This document shows positions 10,340 to 28,069 of a DNA stretch of 33,465 nt, one piece after another. The first letter of the stretch is position 1; each line of letters opens with the position of its first letter. The stretch is from Mesotaenium endlicherianum. Its lineage: Eukaryota. The stretch covers positions 293,764-327,228 of the forward strand of contig WELA01002751.1 in assembly GCA_009602735.1 (NCBI GenBank), written 5' to 3'. The position numbers and the translations under genes are program-made. The notes beneath the pieces were generated by a model. That model did not search any database, had not been told where the DNA came from, and saw only the letters and a program-made list of their open reading frames with translations.

Positions 10340-11851
10340 AGCGCGCGTGCACGCGCATTTGTGTGTGTGTCCCCTTTGCTGCTGATGTTGCTGCTGCGCT
10401 TGCACTGGCAGGGACAGGAGGGGCCACACTGAAACGTGCCCCTTTCCAGACATGTCCCTTTTGTATTTCCAGCAAAGGTTGTGGGAGCACGTGCACAGTA
10501 TAGTAAGTTTTGTCTTGGCTGCTGGGGGTCCTCGCCTGTCAACGGGTGACCAGGTACAAGGTGTATGTGGAGGGGAGGGCGTGGTCGGTGAGCCTCAAGT
10601 ACATTGTGGCGTGCGGGTCGCCCACGCTGTTCCTGCGCTCCGTATACGATGACTTTGTGACGCGCGCGCTCGCCAATGGCACGCACTACCTCTTAGTGCC
10701 GTCGCCCGCGGAAGCGCCTGTCTGCCCCAACCTCGAGGTGAGCTTTGCGCTCATGCGTGTGTTTTTTACGCGTGTGTGTGTGTGTGTGTGTGTTTCTGTA
10801 CATATCTGGGCGGACTTTTGAGTTTCTTTCTTTGACAAGTGATTTGCAACATGGAGAGTCAGAACTTTGAGAAGCTGAGTCAATTCACAAAAGACTGTCA
10901 TTTGGGCATCAAAATAAATAAGTGTTTTCTGCGCGCGGGGGGGGGGGGGGAGTGGCTGCACTAGCCCAGGTCCTGTTGTTTCTCCCGCAGGTTTTGAACT
11001 TCTTCCATGGTGCACAATGTCAGGAGACCTGTCCGTGGAAAGTTGTTCGATCGATGTTAGCGTAAAGACTTCTCCAGGATTAAAAAAAAGATCAAAATTG
11101 CCGACGAATGCCTTACAAAACATCTCTGAGTTATTGTGCAGCGGGGCGCTCCTTGCAATCCATCTACGGGCTGCTGCTGTGGCTGATGCAGTTTCCCCCC
11201 CTGGTGCATCAAATTCTTTGTCATGCAGGGATTAGTCGCACTTCGAACTTTTAAACTACTGTGACATCGCCAGAGGAGGCCCGCTTGCCCGTGGCCTCAA
11301 GCAGGTGGTTCAACATTCGGGCAACTCATGCATTGCTTTCCCTAGGTGCCGGGCTTATGTATGCCTACGCCTTAGGCTATCGTGCCCAAGTCCAAGCGTT
11401 GCTACATGCAGAATTTGGGCTTGGTGCCTTGTGAATGACAGATGCGAAGCTTTGATTGTATGGGCAGAAAGTTGTGGACTGGGGCAATGAGCACCTCCAG
11501 GAGGCGCAAGCTATCGGGGAGGCGGGCGCAAGCGTGATGAGCAACGAGGTGGACATGGGTCATGTTTACGACTACATGCTCCATTTTCTGCAGCACTATG
11601 GGAGCCTGCAGCAGTACAGCATCCAACGAGAGCCCGCGGCGGAGCCTGTCAGCAAGGAAAGCTTACTCAAGTCCGCATCAGAAACTGGGCGAAGCTACCT
11701 GCTTGAAGTGGGGCCACAAGTCTCCGGCAGTCCTTGCATTTTGGATGGGGAGGAAGTTAGAGGAGCAAGTCTTGCAACTGACGCTGGCAAGGCCGAGCTC
11801 AAGCCTAGTCAACTTGCAGGCTCAGCTGGACATGCATCTCCTCCTTTGTGA
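5720..11851 (+). CDS. CAP10-domain glycosyltransferase family 90 (Rumi/POGLUT-like, plant type), 7 coding exons, ~510 aa, N-terminal signal anchor
   Basis: Exons 5720-5821, 6165-6497, 7061-7119 (duplicate copy 8042-8100), 8706-8921, 9787-10041, 10554-10737, 11468-11851 are all GT-AG and total 1533 nt in frame. Motifs: CPAWFSHIKSDLQPW, ASFRLQIINGSLYV, CYQTRAMFTIWGVLQLL, VPDVELM, WPDWSFWGWPEV, AFWKG, QCGHRYKVYVEGRAWSVSLKYIVACGS, VYDYMLHFLQHY. A hydrophobic anchor ALVLVRFVLLL|VLSLGLSVIAW spans exons 1-2. Confidence 0.9.
6951..8911. repeat. Exact 980-bp tandem duplication (6951-7930 = 7932-8911) joined by a single N; probable assembly overlap
   Basis: The ORF track shows identical translations offset by 981 nt, and the junction base 7931 is n. 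Confidence 0.9.
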
Positions 11852-12290
11852 ATCAAACATGGGCAGTAGTCACCTGAATGTCACCGTATATTTTAGGGTC
11901 ACCACAACAGGGAAAAAGCAAAAGATGACTGGCCAAGCCTGGTGCCAAAGAGAGTAACAAAACAATTTACACTAGTTGTTTTTCTTTTTTTTGAGCCATA
12001 AGTTTGTGATGATTTGTGAATATGTATTTGTACACGCGTGTGAATCAAACAAATATAGATATAATCATACACCAAAAACAATAGTCATAAATAAGAGACG
12101 ATCACAATAAAAGATTACATGCGCATATGAAAAGAAAACCTCCATGTTGCAAGATTTTCAATGGATGTATACTATCCACAAATAGGTGGCAATGTTTCCT
12201 AACACAGTAAACAAAACCACCTACTAGCAAGCCTCTAGTCCAACTCCGGACATTGCAGCCACCACATGGAGGACACAAGCTATAAGGGAG

Positions 12291-12296
12291 AAAAAA
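12291..12296 (-). terminator. Oligo-T (T6) Pol III-type terminator after MRP RNA
   Basis: TTTTTT on the minus strand, 4 nt after the 3' strand of P1. Confidence 0.6.
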
Positions 12297-12561
12297 GGGG
12301 GTGAGCCCGGCAAGAGTGAGCCCCATTCTGTTGGTGGGTTGTCTCCCCACTGACACACATGACTGTGCTTGACCAAGCTACTCCATCCCCCCCACATAAG
12401 GCTCCGCCGAAGCTTCTCAGCCCGGGGTTGCCCCCGTGGGAGGATGATGGAGGTCTGCCTGCGAAGGCTGGCACTTTCTGCCAAATTGGTCGGGGACTTT
12501 CGCCCAGCTGCCTTCACGGAGAAAGGTATATAGCCGAGGTGGTCCTTCGCCGTGCTCACGC
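12291..12561 (-). ncRNA. RMRP: RNase MRP RNA (~270 nt)
   Basis: Minus strand has P1 (GTGAGCACGGCGAAG / CTTGCCGGGCTCAC) and P3 with an internal loop. CR-I/P4 is GAAAGTCCCC (12501-12492). P8 is TGGCA-GAAAG-TGCCA with the MRP-diagnostic GARAR loop (12483-12469). P9 is GCCT-TCGC-AGGC, and there are GCAA and UUCG tetraloop stems. CR-IV ACAGTCA fits ANAGNNA (12366-12360). P19 is GTGGG/CCCAC. CR-V/P4' is AACAGAATGGGGCTCACTC (12332-12314), followed by T6. Confidence 0.93.
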
Positions 12562-12835
12562 ATTCTTCATGTCTCCTCTCTTCAGGTCTCCTTGCAGTCC
12601 CATGCGGATGCAATGTTCCGAGTCTCAAACATGAGGTCACCACCAAAATTAGCAGGCTGCAGACAGCAGCGCTGCAACTACTGCCGCCTGTTACCACTAG
12701 CTCTCAATATGCCTACATGTATTGCTGCTCAACAGTAAAGTACAAACACGAGTAAACGTCCTGTTTAGTGCATCAAGCTAATTAACAAACCCCCGAATGT
12801 ACTATCGCTATTCTTACTATCACAACACCAGAAGC

Positions 12836-18698
<5,863 letters not shown>

Positions 18699-19149
18699 CA
18701 AGAGATTCCCCCGATGAGGCCTACGATATGACTTATCTGTACACCTTCTTGAAGTTGACCTCGCCCGTCGGAAGATTAAGAAGAAGGAGAAGCAGGAAGA
18801 ACAAATGACCTCCGAACTCCTCTATGATAGAGGAGCTACTAGCAAGAGGTGCACTTCTCTCGAGCACCCTCGACTACGGAGCATCATTTGAACGGCTCGG
18901 ATAGAGCGCTAGGAGTAAGATATTGTGGCTGCAGCGTTGCGGTACAGGGCCGGTTTGGACTAGGATAGCGACCACAATCGGTGACACCCACAATCAGCGA
19001 CAACGGGGCGGCCATGACACCCATCAGTTTTCAGCTTTGTTTTGGGCCAATGTTGAGACTGACACGGTCTAAAATATATTTTCCACCTTTCACGAGGCGG
19101 TCCGAGATTGTTCCCATTGACCGTTTTAATCTTTTTCTAAGTGACGGTA

Positions 19150-20380
19150 CCTCTTAGAAACTGCATTGGGCTCGGAAGAAACATGATGTAGGATAATTTC
19201 TATTTTCCCTCAGGTTAAGCGACGCCTCCATTTGCAATGCCTTGGCCATACCGATATATTTCAGGGTTAGTTCAGAGCTTTCCAAAATATTTGAGATCAT
19301 ACTTGACAACACCATAAGTAGCTTAAGGCAACACAATTCTGCAAGTCTTCAAGGGGTTCAGTTTCTTAGCTACACTTTTGCGCCAACGATTTTATTATTA
19401 GCCAAAACTTTGTCCTCACATACAAGCAATTTTTTAGTGTGCGCACCGCAATAATATAACAATGTTTCATCTAGATAGACTTCACCTCATGTGCCATGCC
19501 CGGCGTAAAATCGTACTTGGCTATGAAATCTCAAGTTTCTTACATTCATTGAGTGCCTATGAGGTTGACGAGCAATGTCAAAGCTTTGGACTCTATACAT
19601 TGGACGTCTTTCTCGCATATTGCAAAATATAAGAAATTTGACCACCGCAATTGAGCAGTCACTTTCTTTTTCGTCATTGCTTTAATGCGACTTAACAGTG
19701 CTTGAGAGCGCAAAGAATATGAGGACATCCTGCGTAAATGGTTGCTTTTGAGACTAATATATTGGTGTTTCACGTCTACTTCTTTCTGCTAATGACTCAT
19801 GAGTTCCTTATATGTAATAAGAGATTTGCAAATTCTTACATGCACTTTTCCAAGAACTTGCTAGAATGCAACTTTTTCTTGGAATTTGATTGCATGCTCA
19901 AAAGCAACAATATGAATTGGTATGGCTCGCTCACGCTTTCTCATTCGGACTGCATCAAAAGCCTAACTTCCACATTATAATGCACAATACACCAATTCCA
20001 CTCTCCAAATGATAAGGAACAAAATATCTCGGTAAACCTTAAACTTCGTCTCTGTCATGATCAGTGGCTATTTGTAAATTGCTATGCACAAAGTACCATT
20101 TTTTTCAATCTGAAAGTTTTGTTAAGGATTGTGTATGATGTGAGAAGTTCAAATTGGGATGATAGACATGTAGTCACTCTCGAATACCATACTATTACAG
20201 TATCAATGTGTTGCATACAAGACCAAAATCCTTTCTCAACATTGATTGTTGAATAGAACATCTACCAGGTCAGGACTTCAGTGCTTCAATCACAACATCT
20301 ACAGCGCCCATAGACGTTTGAACTCGTGGAATGCTCCCAATATGGAAGTGCGCGTAGCATGGAAACACAAAAAGGATTCT
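19150..20380 (-). pseudogene. Decayed AT-rich coding remnant, possibly a transposon-borne Ulp1-like (C48) peptidase
   Basis: Long semi-open minus frames with scattered stops. Fragments YFVPYHLE/WCIVHYN (~20027-19975), FD (~19960) and H*SNDEKESDCSIAVVKFL (~19685-19630) fall in the His-Asp-Cys order of C48 proteases, but only across frameshifts. Confidence 0.25.
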
Positions 20381-21031
20381 CGTTCAAAGCCTAAGGTTCA
20401 TTATACAATACAAGACACATAGATTGCATAAAACTTACTGGCCAGATAAGGGCCTCCATGTGTCTCATGCTTACATCCTTATTAGCATACACGTTCTACT
20501 GGGCCGCTATTCCCCACCGTCAACCTGTATGAAAGGGAAAATTATTGTTCATTTTGTGCATGTACTTACAAGAGATGTACTCCTTGTGTCTCCACAATAG
20601 GCAAGACCCCCCTATAAGGCAGTTTACTCCCTCCGTATGTTGCACATAAACGCAAACTGCGGCTCAGTCCATGTTTACAGTGTTCACATATTTACATGAG
20701 CTATTTGAAAGTAGTTAGGCATACACGCTCTTTGCCACTCTGGCAGATCAAGAAACCCGTTTGTTGCACCCAACCTAAGCGCGGTGTTGCACAACCTTTC
20801 GAGGTCCTGAACTTACTTCCTTCACCTCGCCTTGCCACAAATTCGAGGCGCAGGGAGCTTTTGCAACACACGTATGTGCTGCATGTCCATCCTGCGCCAG
20901 CCTGCCAGTGACTTATCCACGCCTGCCTGCCTGCCTGCGTGATAACAGGCCAGAGAGAAGAGCTGCCGTGCATGCAGCCTCGCTGCGCGACCGCCAAGTG
21001 CCACGCAGGTGAGGCCCCCCCTCCATGAAAT

Positions 21032-22873
21032 TTACAGAGCCCATGCCAGAGCGATGGCGACAAGCAGCAACGACGCCAGAGTCGAGGGCAAGCACAGGCG
21101 CACGGAGGCGAGGACGTACGCGCCGAACCTGCGCGAGAAGGACCAGCCAGAGGAAGAAGCGGGCCGCTGCGTGGAGGAGCGCGCCGCTTCCGCCCGCGTG
21201 TCGTGGAACAGGCGCCGCGCGTTGCCAGGCGTCAGGTGCCGGCAGGGCGGCTGCGGGGTCGCCGCTACATACTCCGCGTGCGACTTGAAGCGCTGCAGCC
21301 CGTGGCAGCGGCAGTGCAGCTCCACCTGCACGCCGCTCCCCAGGCCAAACAGGCCCGCCATGCACGTCAGCAGGTGGCACGACGTCAACTCCAGCCTCCG
21401 CAATGCCTGCAGCGGGCCCACGTCCAGCGTGGGCCGCCCAAAGCGCCCGACGGTGAGCGACGTCAGCTCCCGGAGCGGCGCCAGCGAGGGCCACGCGGGG
21501 GCTTCCCCTAGGTTGAGGTGCAGGCAGTGCAGCCCAGACGTGAGCTCAAAGAGATTGCGCTGGCAGCCCGCCTGGCCGTCCACGATGAGCGCCAGGTGGC
21601 GCAGGCGGGGCATGGGCTCCTCCATCGAGGATAGCGCGTTGACCCCGAGCTCCAGCCGCTCGAGGCGAGCGGCGAACACCGCCCGTGCCATGCTGGCGCT
21701 GGGCTGCACACGGTGGCACTCCAGGCGCAGGCGCGCCAGCAAGGGCAGCCCCGCAATTGCGTCGAACTCGGCGGGCCCCAGCTGCATGTAGGAGCAGTAG
21801 AGCGAGAGGTCTTGCACGAATCGAGCAGGCGCCCCCAGAGAGCACACAAGGCGGGTGCGGGGGTCCTCAGAGTTGCACCACAGTGCCAGGAGGCTGAAGG
21901 CGGGCAGCTCACCCAGCCAGGCGGGCAGCGCCGCCCTCCCTGGGGCCCTCAGAGTCAGCTCCGTGAGGGCCGGCAGCGCGGCCACGGACTTGCTGACCGG
22001 CAGGTCGTGGTGCCAGCTGGCGGCCCCGTCCTCTCCGTCCGGAAAATACAGGTCCTTGTAGTCGAGAGTCAGTGCCTCCAGGCTCGCCAGGTGCCCAAAG
22101 TCCAGAGTCCGGAGGGATGCATGGTAAGCCTGCCACGCGGCCAACCCCAATCCCAATGCATGGCCTGCGCAATCTGCCCCATCGTTGCTGCCGCCCTCGT
22201 CCTCACTCCCGTCCTCGTGATCGGCCTCACCCTCGCTCTTGTCCGCGCTCTCGCCAGGTGGCGCAACCTGGTAGTCCTCGACGCGCAGCTGCAGCCGCTG
22301 GAGGGTCGTGCGCGCCGCGAGAAACTCGGCGAGGTCGGGCAGAGCCTCCCGGGCGTTGTAGAAGTGCAGCTGGAGCGAAACCAGCGCCGGACACTCGCAC
22401 GGGTCGGCCAGGCCCCGTAGCAACCGCCTCCAATCCTCCCCTCCCTCCCCCTCCTCAGCGGCGGGGGAACCGCGCGCCCCCACGAGGCGGACACATGTCA
22501 CGTTCCTGCACGCGCGCAGCTCGTGCAGCACGGCCCCCGCGTCCACGAGCTCGTGCCCACGGAGCGCCAGGCGAGCGTAGCTGCAGCGCAGGATGGCCCT
22601 CCATCTGCGGCACACGCTGCTGTAGGCCCCCGCGCGCTCCATGCTGACGGAGCCGGCGCCGTCGGAGCCATCAGCGTCGCCAGCACCCGCACTCTCTTCG
22701 TCCTCGGAGACGCACAGGGTGCGCAGAATGGGCCCCACGATGTCGTCCGGCAGATCCAGGATGCTTGTGCCGCCCCCATGGGAGCTGCTGCCTCCCTGCG
22801 TCGCCAGCGCGCCGTTGCCACCTGGCCTTGGAAGACCCACGGCGCCGGCTGTCGTGTTCGTGTCTCGCGTCAT
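21032..22873 (-). CDS. F-box / leucine-rich-repeat protein, intronless, 613 aa
   Basis: Long GC-rich ORF. N-terminal F-box-like SILDLPDDIVGPILRTL...SSVCRRWRAI is followed by LxxLxL repeats (LVSLQL, LQRLQL, LRTLDF, LEALTL, LTELTL, LARLRL, LRHLAL, LRELTSLTV, LRRLEL). Confidence 0.8.
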   Translation of the reverse strand: MTRDTNTTAGAVGLPRPGGNGALATQGGSSSHGGGTSILDLPDDIVGPILRTLCVSEDEESAGAGDADGSDGAGSVSMERAGAYSSVCRRWRAILRCSYARLALRGHELVDAGAVLHELRACRNVTCVRLVGARGSPAAEEGEGGEDWRRLLRGLADPCECPALVSLQLHFYNAREALPDLAEFLAARTTLQRLQLRVEDYQVAPPGESADKSEGEADHEDGSEDEGGSNDGADCAGHALGLGLAAWQAYHASLRTLDFGHLASLEALTLDYKDLYFPDGEDGAASWHHDLPVSKSVAALPALTELTLRAPGRAALPAWLGELPAFSLLALWCNSEDPRTRLVCSLGAPARFVQDLSLYCSYMQLGPAEFDAIAGLPLLARLRLECHRVQPSASMARAVFAARLERLELGVNALSSMEEPMPRLRHLALIVDGQAGCQRNLFELTSGLHCLHLNLGEAPAWPSLAPLRELTSLTVGRFGRPTLDVGPLQALRRLELTSCHLLTCMAGLFGLGSGVQVELHCRCHGLQRFKSHAEYVAATPQPPCRHLTPGNARRLFHDTRAEAARSSTQRPASSSGWSFSRRFGAYVLASVRLCLPSTLASLLLVAIALAWAL

Positions 22874-24339
22874 TTGCGCGGAGGAGGGTTGTGCCCGGTG
22901 GCAGGAGCGGGTGTTCTAGCTTGGGCAGTCTCCATGCGCAAGAAAAAGCAGGTCCAATGTATAGAGGGTGTGATCAGGACGAAGCTTCCATGTCGCAGAG
23001 AGCAGCTCCAGTGAGCCCTCTTACGCCTGACATAGACTGCTGCTGTGTGTATAGAGGGTGACCGAGGTCTGCGGGCAGCCTACCAAGGCTTGGGTTTAAT
23101 TTCAGAGAAGTCTGACCTGGGCCGTGTTTGCGGAGCACTACACCACTCAGGTATGGGCAGGGGGCGTCTAAGACAAGGTGCAGCCTGAAGAGACACAATC
23201 GTGTCTAGTGTGAATAGTCTCTTGACATGGATGGGGAGGCTGGGGGCCAGCTTAAATGAAGTAGGCCACAAAAGGTGCAACATATGACAGGCCAACAACG
23301 GTAAGATGGAAGGCTTACCTTCAAATGCGAGGGAGCTGCCCATCTTCCAACTTCTTGTGGCTCTGCTTGTTGACGGGGCTGCATGCAGGGGTATAGGCGT
23401 GTATTCGTACAAAATGAGGAAGGAAACTTACACTAGACTGCTGACACTTCGTAGTAGCGTGCCTCCTTGACCCTATTCTACATAGCCACTGCTGCTGAAT
23501 CTGCGTCGGATAGTACCATCCACGACTTGCGCTTGTGTCAAGTTTTTGATACTCACATGTACGTCTCGGCTACATGCAACCCTGCATGTCCAACTCACTC
23601 TTCGAGCATCGTGCGCCCCAGACGAGATAATTTTCGCGCCAATGAAGTTCCTGTAGATGCTGATTAAAGTGAAGCTCAGGAGGGGTCACAAACAATTGCG
23701 CTGTGAATTCCCACCTCTTGCTGCTGGCTATATATAATATAGCGCAATTGCAGCGAACCACAGCGAACTCCCGAATCTGAACCAATCTGAACACTTGCGT
23801 GGCAATATGTCAGTCGATAATTAAGCGGGTACATATATACCCTGCTGCAGAAATCATGTCGTGCCTGTCCGATTCGGTTAGATTTGGCACTTGTGAAGGT
23901 TGCCAACACATGTACCGTTGTCCTAATACACCTTGTCGGTAGCCCTCGTACGTAAATAGTCAACCTGATTGATCACCAAGGATTGACCTCACACGTGCAT
24001 TGGTGGCTGTTCGGCCTGGTTGACTTTGCTTCTACATGCGAGCTCTTTAACCATGCTTACGAGCTTACATAAACTTTAGTATGCAGAAACAACTTAAGCA
24101 TTGTCACATAAATTTAAAATTTGAAGAAAGTCACCTTCACATGCTTTTGTTTTACTTTTATGAGTACAGGCTTACAAACTCGCCATATAGCAACCTATGC
24201 TTGTTTGCCTGAACCTCTCTTAACTCCGCTAATGAGGTTTTCACTCCAAGCTTAAGTTTCTCAGTTTTTCACTAAACGATTTTCTTCAAAAAATTATTTC
24301 GCAAAAAAACTCCTAAAAATAGCCCCAATCCGTATGCAA

Positions 24340-25140
24340 ATTTAAAGACTTTGAATAGTGTGGTATTTGTAGCACAGGTGTCATGACCAGTCACTTCTTT
24401 AACATATTCGTATCTTTTTCTTGGATGTTTGTTTACACAAAAGGTACATCATTTTTCAAGTCCAAGATTTAGCAAGCTTGCTATAATTCTTCACAAACTT
24501 GCGATAGTATCTGCTTTTAGAGCTCTTAGCTTAGATACATTGGTTGGTACATGTGTCTTGTGGATTGTTTCATTCTTTTACAACCTGAGGCCCGAGGGGA
24601 CATAACATTCTTCCCATGCAATGTCATATCCCCAATATGGCACGCATTTGGAGTGTCTCCAAAACTCGGCACTTGCCAGGGTGCAGAGTCATTTGGTGTT
24701 TCATTAGACATGCAAACACTTTTTCCAAGTGTTGTGAGTACTGCTCAACCGACTCGCTAAATACTACAACATCATCAACGTAGGACTTTGCAAAGTCAAG
24801 CCTCTTCATTATTTGTCAATGGTCCTATGGAAAATGGCAAGAGAACTTTGAGACCAAATCGTACCGAAATCCAACTGCCAAAATTCCCATTGAGCTCAAA
24901 AAGCGGTTTTACCTCAATCTCACATTTTCATGAGAATCTAGTTGAAGCCTAGTCGCAAGTCAATGATATTAAACACCTTCTCGTTGGTGGCGATGCTAAA
25001 AATCAGCTCCGGCGTAGGGATCACATTATTGTTTGGCTCTGTGTGGAGACTGAATGTTCTGTAATAGCAAATAAATGAGTCGCAATGTAGTTGCCAGTTT
25101 CATCCGTTTTAGTCACTATCGTTATAAGTACCTACGTACT
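24340..25140 (-). mobile_element. Decayed Ty3/gypsy reverse transcriptase fragment
   Basis: The minus strand reads IVTKTDETGNY...YR...IPTPELIF...FNIIDLRLGFN*I...D*GKTAF*...FGLK...FAKSYVDDVVVFSESVEQYSQHLEKVF...LHPGKC...YYRKFVKNYSKLA, with stops and frameshifts. Confidence 0.85.
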
Positions 25141-25434
25141 AAGCTTTCAATCGGGCTACGTTTATGCAACTCTTGGCAGGTTTTTTCTTTTGATGAGCCA
25201 GGTTATTGTTAGATATATAAATTCAATCAAAGGCAATAGTTAACGAAGTTCAATTTGCTAAATTTTAGTAAATGTGTAATAGAATGACTCAGCCGAGAGT
25301 AGCAGGCTAAAATAAACTTAAGTCAGCTTCATAACACATTCTTTAACAGCCAAGTTACCGCCTTAAGCAGAACTAGCGAACTGCCTAGTAAATGCATCTT
25401 CTGTCAGATGCTAAATGAATGGCCGGATGACACC

Positions 25435-28069
25435 TGTAATGAATCAGTTAATTATTTATTTTTCTATTTACATGTAGGCATATATAAGTATTATGTTAAT
25501 ATACTCACATGTGCAAGTTCATCTGAATGTAGGTCAATATAATGCGAGTCTACTTACTTTGTCTTATAGGTCAGCAGGATGACTTTGTATCATAGTGTAG
25601 TTGGCAAGAATTTATATGTCAGTTATATAAAGGATATGATATCAGTAGGTTCACATACAGTAAGCTCGCTTGATATTAGTCAGTATACTTAGCTTCAGTA
25701 CGCTGAAGATAGATATATTCATTTAGATTATTATTTGTAGATTGGCACATGTGACCGTAGTATTCTGAAAGTCGGGAGGTCGACTGAGATTCGGTAAGCC
25801 GATGTCCTACCAGTGGTTAACTCCTGGGTAGGCGGAACCGTTGTCAGTCAATTAAACAATTAGGACTTCAGTCAACCGACCAATTAATAAGGTCGTTATA
25901 CCTAGCTCCGTGTGGCCCAACTTAACGGGTTACCCACAAAACGGCGCACCTTGCGCCGTGGTCAACCAGGTGGTCACTAGGTACATAGCAGGCTGGGATC
26001 TCGTGGTCCCTCCATATGGACAGTAGGCTTTACAGTCGGATTTCTACTTGTAAGTCATGTGTGCACTTTTGGGTTTGTTCTAATGACCAGCCTTCACGGA
26101 AATTGACATGGCTATACTAGGACTTGTCGGAAAGGTCTCGTCAAGATGCATCCGTTGCCGTTGAGTTTGCGCAATTTGGAGTAGTGTTGACAGAGTTATG
26201 CCCTCTGACATTTGGGGGTTACATAGCGGACAGATTCCATGGTTCTGCACCTAAGTCAGTGGGATGTGTTTTAGCTACTTTATGGTCATCTGAATGAGAG
26301 CGCCTTTGCTATTCAGTCCCCTGATGTTGTGTATGTGCTTATACATGCTTGTATGCCTGGTAGGCAAGAGGCCATGAGTTTCTAAAGGAGAAGCTCTAAT
26401 CCTCAAGCTCGCCTCTTTCTTGTGCCTTGCATTAGGGTGCAACTATGGCACACTACGGTATGTAAGTCAAGGGTTATAGATGAGTAAACGGAGTTCATTG
26501 TAAGGGCCAAGGTCGCTCCCTGATTTCACACGCTTCCACCTATCTCTGATCTTATATATTTAAGTAAAATATATTAATCTTGAATAAGCAAGATTCATTT
26601 TAGTGGTCTCGGAGCTAAGTCCTTTCTTGAATGTCCGTGCTCGTCTTCTTTGTCTCATGAGGTAAGTGTGTGAGGCTTACTTGTGTGGTATGATGAGACT
26701 AGGTGGAGCTTGGGAAGTGTATGATGTAGAGCATTGCACATCTTGTCCGGGATCCTTCCACTTGCTCACCTAGTGTGTCTCTGGGCTCAATGTATTATGC
26801 GGCATACTAACTTGACTTTCCTAGCCTCTTGTGTACACATCCACGAAACGAAAAGCCTGAAGTGGAGGCTTGATGGAAGAGGTGTCTGCAAGCATCAAGG
26901 GCAGCCTCAAAGGAGTTGCATCATAGCAAGCTAAATATGACTCATTTTTCCTACTTGATCATAATCGTTGTGTGTTGTTATATGCAATTCGCGGCTAGTA
27001 TAGAGAGGGATGTGCACTCCGGTGGTGCTAGAGGACTTGTTAGTCTGTTGTGCTATCCCTTCAAGTTTAAGCTTGTTGCTTTGCAAGAGACGTACCTCTC
27101 TCATTATATGTGTGGTAGCTAGGTTGAGGCAGCTTGGGTATGGCTGCATGTGTTGAGCAATTGAGACAATGCGTGCACACATGATTGACTAACTTAAGTT
27201 TCCAAGTATGGATTACGACAGGTTATCGTCGCCATGGTCTAAGTGCGCTACGGCGTCCACAAGCTTCAGCATGCTGCAACTTCTATGAGAAGAGGCTTCG
27301 ACAGCAACAATGGCTTCCTACAGATACCCTCTATTCCCAACCATGGCTGTGACATTGTGCGCTCCTCTCGTTTGCCACATTCATGTGTGTTGGAAGGTTT
27401 AGGGTACGTGCCTTGTGCTTGAATGCTATGTGTGAGACGGTGCTTTTGTAGTACTTGATGGGATCGTAGGAGCTTTGGGCTTAAGCTTAAGGTAAGTCTA
27501 GTCAATGTGCGGAGGTTTTTGGATGCGGGTCTTATGTGATTGCTGACTTAGGTTAAGTCAGTCTGCTTGACCTAATGTGGTTAAAGGAGTTAAGAGCTTG
27601 GGTTTATGGACGCAAGGGCTTTCCTTTGACTCTTTTTAGTTTGCATGACATATTAAGGATTAAGTGTCCGAGAGCAGCCGCAATCAATGAGTACTTTGAG
27701 TGCTTGAGCTGAACGAGCTCTTGGTGTTGCCATGCTTGGTGCGTTACATGTCATATTGTGGGATTGTGGCTCGTCGGAGCCAGCGAGATAATCAGACAGA
27801 TCAGCATATCAAGACTTAGGTCTGTATGGTGTGTTGACTGACATATGGAAAGTCAACATGGATACTAGAGGGGGTTATACTACTTGCCTTAGGTCTAGTT
27901 GGCTATTTGTTTTTGGATGCCACTTGTACACGTGGTCAAGTGTAAGGAGGTTTGTGTCTTCGTTATAGGGACGATCTTAGCAGTTTGCTAAGTTTCTGCC
28001 GGCCTCGCAGCTAACTGAGCTCGCTAGAGGCGCATGCTAGGTAGCATGCAAGATGCATTTGTATATGCG
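25435..28069. mobile_element. Non-coding LTR-retrotransposon-like sequence (host of the downstream insertion); boundaries unresolved
   Basis: No credible ORFs. TGTAAT at 25435 and GGGGGTTACA ending at 26223 resemble LTR termini, and a 28-nt motif is shared with the LTR-like sequence at 32375+. No matching TSD was found. Confidence 0.4.

Noticed and set aside
19230..19370. NPEIYRYGQG peptide reminiscent of IscB NPEISGVEYQQG
   Set aside because: No RuvC-I, arginine-rich helix or HNH/CxxC motif around it; likely chance.
21009..23061. Many overlapping plus-strand ORFs, and Cys/Val- or His/Thr-rich ORFs elsewhere in the window
   Set aside because: These are shadow ORFs of GC-rich coding DNA or translations of (CA/TG)n microsatellites.
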